Notes under the pieces: model-generated
Seen by the model: the letters and a program-made list of their open reading frames with translations, nothing else
What the model was told of the DNA's origin: nothing
Database searches by the model: none
Position numbers and translations under genes: made by a program
From: Paraspadella gotoi
Taxonomy: Eukaryota > Animalia > Chaetognatha
Reading direction: 5' to 3'
Assembly (NCBI GenBank): GCA_051294375.1
Contig: CM119268.1
Location: forward strand, 1,524,549-1,588,548
Length of the DNA: 64,000 bases
Shown here: positions 39,701-48,513 of the stretch, in pieces
How positions within the stretch are numbered: the stretch's first letter is position 1
Layout of the letters: every line of letters starts with the position of its first letter

Positions 39701-42700
39701 GCCCTTTCCTTACCCTTGAGATATAAAATTCTCAAAAACAAAAAAAACAAGAGTTCTGTGCCTACAAGGTGCAATGCACTTCCCATTACCTTGAGATTAA
39801 GAAGCCTCGATCACGATTTTGCTCCTACACGAGGCGAATTGCCTTTCCTTACCTTGAAGATTAAAGCCTCGATCATAACGTATATTTCCTCGTTCAGCAA
39901 ATGACTACTCCTTACCATTGAGATTAAAAAGCCTGATCAACGATGTCTCTCCTACAAAGCGCGAATGACTTTCCTTACCTTGAGACTTAAAAGCTCGATC
40001 AACGATATTCTCCTCTTCAAGGGCAAACTCCTTCTCCTTACCTTGAGATTAAAAGCCTCGATCAACAATGTTCTCCTACGAGGCAGACATGACTTTCCTT
40101 ACCCTTGAGAATTAAAAAGCCTCGATCAAACGATTGTTCTCCTCTACAAGCGCGAATAAGCCTTTTCCTTACCTGACGATTAAAGATCCTCAAACAACTA
40201 ACATTCTTCCTACACAGGCGAAATGCGCTTTCCCTGTACCTTGAGATTATAAATCCTCGAACAACGATGTTTCCTACAAGGCAATGCCTTCTTACCATTG
40301 ATGCATTAAAGAAGCCTTGCAATCTTAATCGATTATTCTCCTTCAAGCACAATGAGTCTTTTCCTTACGCTTGAGATTAAAAGCCGTTCGATCAACGATG
40401 TGTCTCCCTAACAAGGCGAATAGGCCTTTCCTTACGGTTGAGATTAAGAAGCCGTCGAATCAAGCGAATGTTCTCCGCTCCAGGCGAATGCCTTTCCCTT
40501 ACGCTTGAGATTAAAATCCTCAAACAACAACATTCTCCTACAAGGCGAATGCCTTTCACTTACCTTGAGATTAACATACCTTGATCAAGATGTTTCTCGC
40601 TACGCAGTTGCGAATGCCTTTCCTTACCATTGAGATTATAAAGCCTCGATCAACAATTTTCTCCCTTTCAAGGCAAATGATCTTTCCTTACCCTTTGAAG
40701 ATTAAAAGCCATCGAAAAATACAAAATGTCTCCTACGTAGGCGATGACTTTTCCTTACCTTGAGATTAAAAGCGCTCGCAATCAAACGAATATTCTCGCT
40801 TCAAGGCTAAACTCGCTTTCTCTTACCGAATAAAAGCCTGCGATCAAACAATGTTCTTCCTACAAGGCGAATGCCTTTCGCTTACCTTGAGATTAAAATC
40901 CCAAACTAGACAATGTTCTTCTATCAAGTGAAGACTTCCTTACTCTAATAAAAGCGCGCTCGATCAACGATGTTCCCTTGCAAGCGAATGACTTTCGCTT
41001 ACCTGTTGAGATTAAAGCATGGCCGATCGATCAACGATGTTCTCCTACAAGGCGAATGACTTTTCCTTACCTTGAGATTAAAAGCCTGGCGAACAACGAC
41101 GTTCTGGCCGTCTCAAGGCGAATGAACTTTTCCTTACCTTGCGAATTAAAAAGCTTCGATCAAACGATGTTCTCCTACAAGGCAAATGCTTTCTTACGCT
41201 GAGAAAATTAAAAAGCCTCGAACAACGACGTTCTCCTACAAGGCAAATGACTCTCCTTACCTTGAGATTAAAAGCCTCGATCAACGATGTTCTCCTTCAA
41301 AGCGAATGACTTTCCTTACCTTGAGATTAAAAGCCTCGATCAATGCCGTCTCGTGAAGAGTGAGAGTGTTGCCGACGCTTCGAACGTCGATGCCTTCCGT
41401 CGTCATGCCAACGCTGAGCTCGGGATGTTCACGGATTCCGCGCTCGATTATCTCAGCCAAATTTCTGAAACGATGGAAATAAGGGTTTCTGTTTAGTAGG
41501 CGAAAGATTATACTTTTGGGCCTGAGGCGACTTACTACCGGTCTCTCTCTCTAAACCCTTCCTCTCTCCTCTTTCTCCTAACCTTTAAACTCATTTGCAT
41601 ATTGCTGTATAACTAATAATTTGGAATATAAAAAAAATAAGTTTTAAACCCGAGACATCACTTCACTCTCGTTGGTTGACATAAAGATTAGGAATATTTT
41701 TTCTATATTCAAAGCACCAGTGGCTAATTAAATTGAAAATCAGCGTGACGTCATTGCCAGTCATTACGTATTCCTCGTGACGATTTCAAGTTCAACTTAC
41801 CTTAGCGCCGCGGCGTACTGTTTCAACGCGTAATAACAGAGCGCTATGTTGTAGGATAGATGAGGGTTGTAGCCAAGGACCTGTTGCGCAGCTTGAAATT
41901 TCTGGCAGGCTTCAAGGTGTCGTCCTTCTTTGTAAAGGAGACATCCAAGGTTGACGTCGCTCTCGGCATCCTCGCCTGACACCTGGTGGGAGAAAACGTT
42001 ATATGAGTAAATGAATAAATTAAAAGATAAATATACCAATAAATACAATCAATAAAGAAATAATTTGGCAATGGGAGGCTCGGACTCTCAAATACAAACA
42101 GCCTTGCTGTCCACTGGCATAAACCGCACTGCCCACAGCCCACTGGTTATTTAGTGACAGAAAGACTAAATGTACGATTATACTGTTTAACGAGTACATA
42201 GGGACATCAATGGACGTGAAGGGAGAAGAAGCGCAAGCAAAATCACCGTTCGAGAAAAAAAGGAAAGCCTATCATTCCGTTCGCCCAGAGTTGGACCCGC
42301 TTTTTTCGAGGACCGCCCGCCCATAAAAAATTCCATTTCAGCGCCAAAAGAGAAGAGAGAGAGAGGAGAGAGAAGAAGACGAGGAGAGAGAACCAGAGAG
42401 AGGGGAGAGCGAGAGAGAGAGGAGCACGAGGAGTCATCGAAGCAGATGTTAAATGGTGTGGAGTTTTGAAAGGCAGAAGAAAAGGGAGAAGAAAAAAAGA
42501 CATTTGGCGAGATGTATAAAGAGGATAAAGGAGCAATCGTTCGGGTAGAGAGAAGCGACGCTTCGATTTTTTTTTTTTTTTTTTTTCAATCGATTCTGTC
42601 ATTTATTCAGGGTCTACGATTTCGACAATTGGTCTTTAGACTCTGATTTAAAAAGCCTTGTGCGGGTTGCTCCGGAAGGCTGAGAGAGAAGAAAAATCGT

Positions 42701-44861
42701 TTAAGGAGGAATAAGAGCGCCTTGGGCGCAAAAAAAAAACCCTCAAGAGTTTTATTTCCCGGTCAAAAAAAATATCTTTTAAAAATTGTGCATTTTTAGT
42801 CGCTCGAAATCTAGTGAATTTATCCATTTCACTTTGTTTTCTTCGCCCTCAAAAATTTATCATTAACGCGGTCGCCAATCGAAGCCGCAGTCGAAATGAA
42901 CGTCAAGAAGTTTAAGATTTGATGCGTTGATGAAACGTTTTATAAATGAGATGGAAACGTCGGATGCTTAATTAAAAAAAATCAAATACACTCATTGCAC
43001 ATTAGCATGAACCGAAGTTAAGCTAGAGCGAGGAAAAATTAGAAATATCTTAGCCGAAGACTGATAAATTCGGGAATTTGAGAATCGGTTAAGACGCGCG
43101 CAAAAAAAACCCTCAACGAGGTTTATTTCGCGTCAAAAAAAATATTTCTTTTATAAAATTGTGCATATTTTTATCGCTCGAAATCTAAGTCGAATTTTCC
43201 ATTTCAATTGGTTGTTCTTTCAGCCCTCAAAAATTTATCATTAACCGGTCGCCCACAACTCGAACTGAGCAGTCGCTCGAACACTTCTTCCCGCCCACCT
43301 TATCTTTTCTTCAGCCACCAACCACCAACCACCAACCACCAACCCACCTGTTCGATGAGTCCTTGAGCGGCGGACAGTTCCTCTTCTCCATACTTGATCG
43401 CGGCCTGAAGCTTCAAGACTTGAGTCTGCAGTTTGGGAGATTCGATCTGACAAGAGACTTTCATGGCTTCGCCGAAGAGACCCGCTTTGCAGAGCGACTG
43501 GGCGTAGTAGAGACGATATCTGTTTAAACAAGAACGGTAATTCAGATGTGACTGCCTTATCACGTGTATTTCTCGTGACATGATATGACGTGACATGACA
43601 TGACGTGACAAAACTCGAATACATGACTATAATAACTTTCTTCGCTCGTGTATTTATGACACTGCATCAAAATTCCGTCTTTTATTCTATTTTAGTTTTA
43701 GGATTTCCTGAAGGCGGCGCTAGCAGCCCCTTAGATTTGAGGTTTTTTCTGTCTTAACAAAAGAGCAACGAACGTAAGTGGGACAGACCGACAGACAGAC
43801 AGAAATACCTATCTACCGATCGACAGACCGACCGAAAAGTGACTTAAAAAAAGGGTTGGTGAAGGGACAGGCGTGGGGTTGGGGAGAAAGAAATTTGTTT
43901 TTGTATTTTTTGTTTTTTTGGGTTTTTTTTTTGTTGTTGTTGTTGTTGTTGCTGATACTTTTCACTTTCTCTCCAACATTGCTGTCTCTCACATAAGCCT
44001 AACATAAGCCTCTCACCAAAGCCTGTCCAAAGTCAGGGGCAAGAGAGCTTATTTATTAAATGAATGGATAATTTTATATTGTTTGCACCAATTTCATGTT
44101 ATGATTTTTTTTTAAAGAATATGATTTTTTAAAATGATATTATTTTTTTAAAAATAATATGATTATTTCAAAAAACAACCTCTAACTTCTTCCTTTAGCT
44201 TCCTCCCTCGCCACAATCCTCCGCTCACTTAGTTTCACAAAATTTCAATTTGCATATTTCGGTTTTCTCAACTCTATTTCAATTCCTCTCGACGACGACG
44301 CGCGGAAAAAAATCAGCGACGCAAAGTTGAGGTTTAGAGAAATTGGATACGAAATATACAGGGGTGTAGTCGGGCATTGCAGGGATACAGGGATACAGGG
44401 GATACAGTGAAAACTAAAACACATTTGTAGAAAAAAAAACTAAAAGATTTTCATCTTTTCTACTATGAGCCGTTGAAGCCCCACCAAAACACATTGGACA
44501 CCGTCCACAAAAACTCACTCCTCGATATCCGGACAGATGAAGGTAAGTTGTTCGTACGAATCCGCGGCGTTGACAAAGTCCTGCAGCTGGAAGTAGCAAT
44601 AGCCGAGGAGACTCAATGCGGCTCGGCTGCGGCTGTGGGATTGGAGCTGTTGATTCAGGACTTGAATGCAGTCCGCGAAGCGTTTGCCTTTTTTAAAGGA
44701 AAAAGGGTTGGGATAGGGGCGAGGGGGTCGCATTGAAGCATTGTAAGGTGGATAGCATAAAAAAATTCATACAGCCTCCGCAACCCAGCCGTAACGATTA
44801 TAGTAAAGGGGGTAAATTAGGGGTGCCTGGCCGCCGGTACTCTCTCTCTCTCTCTCTCTCT

Positions 44862-44924
<63 letters not shown>

Positions 44925-44992
44925 GTTTCACCTTTAATCATCCCATAAATGGTGGAAGTGAAGTCTCCCTCTTTAATTTCCAGTCCCATCAT
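2199..44992 (-). CDS. IFT70: Intraflagellar transport protein IFT70 / tetratricopeptide repeat protein 30 (fleer/DYF-1); 13 exons: 44932-44992, 44519-44687, 43348-43519, 41801-41982, 41320-41464, 38574-38681, 37863-38100, 37024-37140, 33919-34008, 33484-33598, 32214-32392, 2791-2956, 2199-2455
   Basis: Recognisable TTC30 peptides occur in collinear order: LSLLGYCY, LQAAIKY, NLGCLLYKEG, ERGIREHPEL..GMTTEGIDVRSVGNT, LTDMPPRAEEELDP, GFEKLQFLLQ.NPFPPETF, YIPVLMAQAKI, VEKIFRKSVEFCN, FYEPIVKKHYDNILNVSA, YHLCIVNLVIGTLYCAKGNYEFGISRVIKSLEPY, KNTV. All 12 introns are phase-compatible (11 GT-AG, one apparent GC-AG). The summed CDS is 1998 nt after removing one extra base in exon 7. Confidence 0.96.
2791..2956 (-). 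CDS. IFT70: IFT70 exon 12 (IYHLCIVNLVIGTLYCAKGNYEFGISRVIKSLEPYSKKLGVDTWFYAKRCFLSLL)
   Basis: Acceptor ACTTAG|ATC; donor G|GTCAAT; near-invariant TTC30 peptide. Confidence 0.95.
3070..3260 (+). mobile_element. Possible degenerate tRNA-derived SINE
   Basis: GC-richer island with an A-box-like GGTGGCTCATTG (~3077) and a B-box-like GGGATCGATCCCC (~3123) at tRNA-like spacing; single copy in the window. Confidence 0.3.
3700..4380. repeat. (GAC)n / (GTC)n-derived low-complexity tracts and a (CT)n microsatellite
   Basis: ACGACG runs at 3715-3870, (CT)n at ~4044-4110, TCGTCGTCTTCGTTG units at 4170-4370. Confidence 0.85.
5076..5221. other. Assembly gap (146 N)
   Basis: N run. Confidence 1.
6154..6216 (+). 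pseudogene. 5'-truncated tRNA-Lys(CUU) with genomic CCA
   Basis: AGTCGGTAGAGCA-CAGGA-CTCTTAA-TCCTG-GGGTC-GTGGG-TTCGAGC-CCCAC-ATTGGGCG-CCA. The D-loop remnant, anticodon arm (CTT) and T arm are intact. About the first 13 nt are missing and replaced by satellite. Confidence 0.85.
7455..8935. other. Direct duplication (offset 762 nt) across a 25-N gap at 8192-8216; probable overlap artefact
   Basis: 7455-8190 recurs from 8217; ORFs 7482 and 8244 are identical. Confidence 0.85.
9596..24890. other. ~15.3 kb homopolymer-inflated block, probably a low-quality long-read insertion
   Basis: Long runs of all four bases throughout; ORFs consist of F/P/G/K only; composition changes abruptly at both ends; ~9400-9595 is duplicated at ~24895-25110. 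Confidence 0.85.
26227..26525 (+). mobile_element. Non-autonomous Helentron/HINE (DINE-1-like) repeat, family A
   Basis: TTTTTAG start, CGCGAGTACTCGC palindrome, (GTCC/GTCG) microsatellite, core CTGCTAGCGCCGCCTTCAGGAAA and (CATGT)n shared with four other copies. Confidence 0.7.
27205..31508 (-). pseudogene. Indel-rich tandem copy of 31509-35795, including broken IFT70 exons 11' (27930-28113), 10' (29254-29381) and 9' (29711-29797); probably an assembly artefact
   Basis: Collinear with the adjacent 4.3 kb. Differences are mostly single-base indels in exons and introns alike. It reads contiguously (31141-31160) across the site that is a 131-N gap at 35305-35435 in the other copy. Confidence 0.85.
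32214..32392 (-). CDS. IFT70: IFT70 exon 11 (GFYEPIVKKHYDNILNVSAVVLANLCVSYIMTSQNEEAEELMRKIEKEEEQIAYDDPDKK)
   Basis: Acceptor CCCAAG|GT; donor AAG|GTGAGA; near-invariant TTC30 peptide. Confidence 0.95.
32945..33112. repeat. Degenerate (TAACCC/TAATCC)n tract; other copies at 28700-28865, 31185-31320 and 35470-35600
   Basis: Recurring CTTAACCCTAACC and CTTAATCC hexamer variants. Confidence 0.7.
33484..33598 (-). CDS. IFT70: IFT70 exon 10 (AVEKIFRKSVEFCNENDTWKLNVAHVLFMQENKFKEAT)
   Basis: Translated by hand; acceptor TTCCAG|GCT; donor G|GTAAGA. Confidence 0.95.
33919..34008 (-). CDS. IFT70: IFT70 exon 9 (AVNDFDDALERYIPVLMAQAKIFWDRDNFQ)
   Basis: Acceptor TTTCAG|GCT; donor CAG|GTGAGA; 90 nt. Confidence 0.94.
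36770..37035. repeat. Degenerate ~33-bp tandem repeat built from the exon 8 end and donor (GTCAAAAAG|GTAAACAAACAAAA)
   Basis: About 6-8 units resembling TTTGTTTGTTTACCTTTTTGAC; similarity decays away from exon 8. Confidence 0.75.
37024..37140 (-). CDS. IFT70: IFT70 exon 8 (EEAYRKLDEMATKQTETLRSLTKNVQDARQSHEDDAVKK)
   Basis: Translated by hand; acceptor TTTTCAG|GAG; donor AAG|GTAAAC; 117 nt. Confidence 0.93.
37863..38100 (-). CDS. IFT70: IFT70 exon 7 (ALINMEKDPTSGFEKLQFLLQRNPFPPETF...YKYLDN/YLFEFLEAKITQQTSA), containing a +1 frameshift near 37911
   Basis: Acceptor TCTCAG|GCC. Homology continues in a shifted frame after GAT AAC T TAC. Apparent donor GCG|GCGAGT. Confidence 0.85.
38224..38377. 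repeat. Perfect inverted repeat: 74-bp arms with a 6-nt loop, in IFT70 intron 6
   Basis: 38224-38297 is the exact reverse complement of 38304-38377; loop GGCTTG. Confidence 0.95.
38574..38681 (-). CDS. IFT70: IFT70 exon 6 (ASIEYQLKNLDAASEALTDMPPRAEEELDPITLHNQ)
   Basis: Acceptor CCTCAG|GCA; donor CAG|GTTGAT; 108 nt, phase 0/0. Confidence 0.94.
38780..41343. repeat. 59-bp minisatellite, roughly 40 copies, filling IFT70 intron 5; each unit contains the last 24 nt of exon 5 and its 5' splice site
   Basis: Unit CTTACCTTGAGATTAAAAGCCTCGATCAACGATGTTCTCCTACAAGGCGAATGACTTTC; junctions at 41260/41261 and 41319/41320 give period 59. Confidence 0.95.
41320..41464 (-). CDS. IFT70: IFT70 exon 5 (NLAEIIERGIREHPELSVGMTTEGIDVRSVGNTLTLHETALIEAFNLK)
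   Basis: Translated by hand (not in the ORF track); acceptor TTTCAG|A; donor AAG|GTAAGG; highly conserved TTC30 segment. Confidence 0.95.
41801..41982 (-). CDS. IFT70: IFT70 exon 4 (VSGEDAESDVNLGCLLYKEG...LSYNIALCYYALKQYAAAL)
   Basis: Acceptor CACCAG|GTG; donor AG|GTAAGT; conserved peptide. Confidence 0.94.
43348..43519 (-). CDS. IFT70: IFT70 exon 3 (YRLYYAQSLCKAGLF...LKLQAAIKYGEEELSAAQGLIEQ)
   Basis: Acceptor AAACAG|A; donor CAG|GTGGGT; conserved peptide. Confidence 0.93.
43527..43850 (-). mobile_element. HINE-like family A copy abutting the exon 3 acceptor
   Basis: Shared core TTTCCTGAAGGCGGCGCTAGCAG, (GACC/GACA) microsatellite, (ACATG)n, and terminus GAATTACCGTTCTTGTT. Confidence 0.7.
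44519..44687 (-). CDS. IFT70: IFT70 exon 2 (GKRFADCIQVL...RSRAALSLLGYCYFQLQDFVNAADSYEQL...PDIE)
   Basis: Conserved TPR peptide; acceptor AAAAAAG|GC (AAG); phase-2 donor GA|GTGAGT. Confidence 0.9.
44932..44992 (-). CDS. IFT70: IFT70 exon 1 (MMGLEIKEGDFTSTIYGMIK)
   Basis: ATG at 44992; matches the TTC30 N-terminal I.DG.FT..IY motif; phase-1 donor G|GTGAAA at 44931. Confidence 0.88.
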
Positions 44993-45220
44993 TCATCGAG
45001 GATAAATTGTGATGTACGAATTGTGGAACGAAATGAACTCAAAATCAAGATTTGATGGCTTGAAACGTTTAATAAATGAGATGGAAACGTCGAGATGCTA
45101 ATTAAAAAAAATCAAATACACTATGCACATACATGAACGAGAATTAAGCGAAGCGAGAAAATTAGAAATATTAGCGCGAAAGCTGATAATCGAATGAGAA
45201 TCGATAAGACGGGGGAGAGA

Positions 45221-45287
<67 letters not shown>

Positions 45288-45473
45288 GGAAAAGAAAAAG
45301 CAAAGAACATTACAAGATGAAGTCGGGAAATTTCTTAGACATCGTCGTGTTGAATCATATTCCGGTCGATCGATCGTCGTTGTTCTTAGTTCATAAATCG
45401 ACGTTAGTTAACAAAATTGTTCTTAACTACTTTTTTCTCTCTATTCAGCCTAAAATATCAAACGATTTCAGAA

Positions 45474-45550
45474 GAAGGTCATTGAAGGTCATTGAAGGTC
45501 ATTGAAGATCATTGAAGGTCATTGAAGGTCATTGAAGGTCAAGAAGGTCA
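45474..45550. repeat. 10-bp tandem repeat (GAAGGTCATT)n about 0.5 kb upstream of the IFT70 ATG
   Basis: Eight units containing seven perfect AGGTCA hexamers. Confidence 0.92.
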
Positions 45551-46017
45551 CTGAATCTTCGAGAAAAAAAAACGCTAAACTCATTTTCAAATCTAAAAAC
45601 CAGAACAGGCAACTTTAAGTTCAAGCGCCGCAGTAACTATTTTATAATCTTCGTATTTTTAAATAATATTAATAAACAATATGTATAATAAATATATAAC
45701 GGTTAACCACTACTTATTTTATTATAGTATTTAACGATGCTTCCCCTTTCTTCTAAGTATTAACTAAGATCATTCAAGATTTTAGAAATAATATTACATT
45801 GAATTTCTGGTCAGTTATTCTTTATTTTTTATTGGTTATCTCACGAATGTACAAATATAAAACAATTGCACTTTATGCATCTAGTAATAACTTACCTTAT
45901 TAAAATAATTTTTTATTACCTTGCCTATGAGTAATTAAAACTTAAGTAGGATAGACAGATCGACTGAAAAGTGATTTATTGAATTGCTCCGCTAGTTATC
46001 ACGGCGCAATAAAAAGA

Positions 46018-46369
46018 AACGAGAACGGTAATTCAAATGTGTTGTGCCGCAGTGACTGCCTTATCACGTGTATTTTTTGTGACATGACATGATATGACAT
46101 GACTACAATAACTTTCTTAGCCAATGTATTTATGATACGCACTGCATCGGAAATTGTCTTTTGTTTTTTATAGTTTTAGGATTTCCTGAAGGCGGCGCTA
46201 GTAGTCCTTAAATTTTAGGATTTTCCCTTCTTAACAAATGAGAATCAAAGCAACCAACTATATTCAAGTTATAAGCATTTTTTAACATAAGTGGGACAGA
46301 CCGACCGACAGACCGACCGAAAAGTGACTTAAAGAGTTTCTCCGCGAGTAATCGCGGCGCAACTAAAAA
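46018..46369 (-). mobile_element. HINE-like family A, apparently full-length copy
   Basis: Both termini are present (TTTTTAGTTGCGCCGCGA... and ...GAATTACCGTTCTCGTT), plus the GTCG microsatellite and shared core. Confidence 0.72.
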
Positions 46370-46764
46370 CCGAAGATGAAAAAAGGTTCGAAGCTTCTTT
46401 TTCTTTTCAAAGGTCAAATTTGGGGTCAGTCGGTCTTCGGCCAGTCAGAGGGGTCAGGGCTTTTTCATAAGGGGTCGAAAAGGGGTCGCTTTGCAGGTCT
46501 CGTGCACCCTTTCTTTCTTCTGATGGTCAAAAACGAAACATCACTCTGTAGATGATGTCTTTTTATTTTTCAAACGTCGAAAAGGATGAGATTGGGATTT
46601 ATAAGAGATCGTTTGTTTGTTTGTTTTTTTGTTTTTTGTTTTATTTGTTGGTTTGTTTGTTTGTTTGTTTGTTTGTTTGTTTGTTTGTTTTATTTTGTCA
46701 TTGGTAAACTGTAAACACGAAACATATATTTTGTGCAAGTGAAAACATGTGCAATGAGCAGTAT

Positions 46765-46942
<178 letters not shown>

Positions 46943-48124
46943 TCGGAAAGATTCGTATTTGCAAACGTTTCGTCCTCCGAGCGACAAAAGAGGAAAGAGT
47001 CGCGTTTTCGTCACAACAACGACGACGATCACAACAACAACAACAACTCCGGATTCCTAAAGATACTTTTTCCTCTTTTTTTTCTTCCTTTTTCCTCCTT
47101 TCTATTTTTTTTTATTTTGGGGCTTTGGTTTTTAAATCTAATGAATTGGGTTAGAGTTTGGTTTGGAGATAAAGTAAAGGATAGAGGTTAAGCATTGGGT
47201 TAGATATTACGAATATATTATTAGAGTTAAAATAAAAAATATATTATTTGGGTTAAAATTAAGATCTGGGATGGGGATATAGTAAAAAAGGGGAAAAAAT
47301 TTAACTAAAAAAAATGTATGTTTGATTATAAAAGAAATAAAATATGATTAATCCACAAACTTACAACAATCGTGTCAATGATAATTTAGTAAAGTTGAAA
47401 ATTCTTAGTTTCTCAATATTTTCTTTCTTCATCTTCCGTCAATTTCGCTAAAACAAAAAAATTAAAACTTTACTTTGTTCCTTTGTTTTCTTAATCTCTT
47501 TTCTTTCCGTTGTGTCGACGTCGACTCTACAGACTTTCTCACTTTTTCAACTTTTTTTTTTCGGAAAATCGTTTTCATTGTTTAACCATCGACTTTCAAG
47601 GTTTCTCGTCCTGAACTCGTCGGCGGATGTTCGCCTCCTGCGCAGCATCGTATGGGTCGGCACGTGGAGTTTAGAGATTAGCATCTCTGGCAGCATGGTG
47701 ATTTTTTTTTTTTTACGATTTTTTTTTTGGTTTTAAGACGAAACTTTAAATATAAAACACATAAAATATGAACTTTCAAAACATTTATAAAAATGTTGGT
47801 TCGGTTAAACTCTCTCACTCTCTATCATTCGCTCTGAGCATCACACAAAAACAGTTAACAATCATTATTATGTCTGCAGCGATTGTTCCAGCCTCCGTGC
47901 AGAAGCCTTGGGTCGGTAAGGTAAGTTAAGCTCTTTACAACGTCCTTTAACGTCTGGTTCACATCCGAACTGGGAATCGTTCCATCCAAGGACCGAGAGA
48001 GCGAGAGAGCGAGAGAGAGAGGGAAAACAATTTTGAGCAAACAATGCCGGATCTGTCCACGATCATTAGCGGTAATCAACTGATCGAATAATTAATCAAT
48101 CAATCAACCAATTAATTGACTAAT

Positions 48125-48372
48125 CAATTGATTGAAGAGACAGTAATGATTGTAGTGTGTTAGTGACAGAACCGTTCAATATAAGCAGTCCCTGAGCTTC
48201 GGATCAGGCTGTAACACCATGTTACAGGCGGGTTAAGCGCCCCGTCCCTCTTAACTGCTAGGCGGCCACCGGACTAGAACCCCGGATCTTTGGGTTGGGA
48301 GGCGAATGACTTGCCTCCGGCATCAATGGCCGCTGATGAACGGTTGGTGGATTCTAGTCCACCATATGATTA
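48125..48372 (-). mobile_element. tRNA-derived SINE-like element, family B (tRNA-like head 48261-48333)
   Basis: The head has paired ends GCGGCCA/TGGCCGC and a B-box-like GGTTCTAGTCC. Related diverged copies lie at 54925-55170 and 60185-60432. Confidence 0.6.
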
Positions 48373-48473
48373 TTATTTAATTGACAGATGAAAGGACGGA
48401 CGGACCGATAAAGTGAGTTATAGGGGCGGAATTTGCTGTAAGAAGATCCGGCTAAAAAAAGAAGAGTTACAAG

Positions 48474-48513
<40 letters not shown>

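Noticed and set aside
38780-41319. Array units as Dscam-like alternative microexons
   Set aside because: The AG-to-GT segments are 34 or 31 nt, not multiples of 3 between phase-0 junctions, and ~25-nt introns are far shorter than any other intron in this gene.
38780-41343. CRISPR-like appearance of the 59-bp array
   Set aside because: Whole units repeat without unique spacers, the context is a eukaryotic intron, and there are no cas genes.
45000-46000. RFX X-box expected upstream of a ciliary gene
   Set aside because: Only half-sites or poor matches were found (GGCAAC near 45608, CTTGCCTATGAGTAAT near 45920); none is good enough to call.
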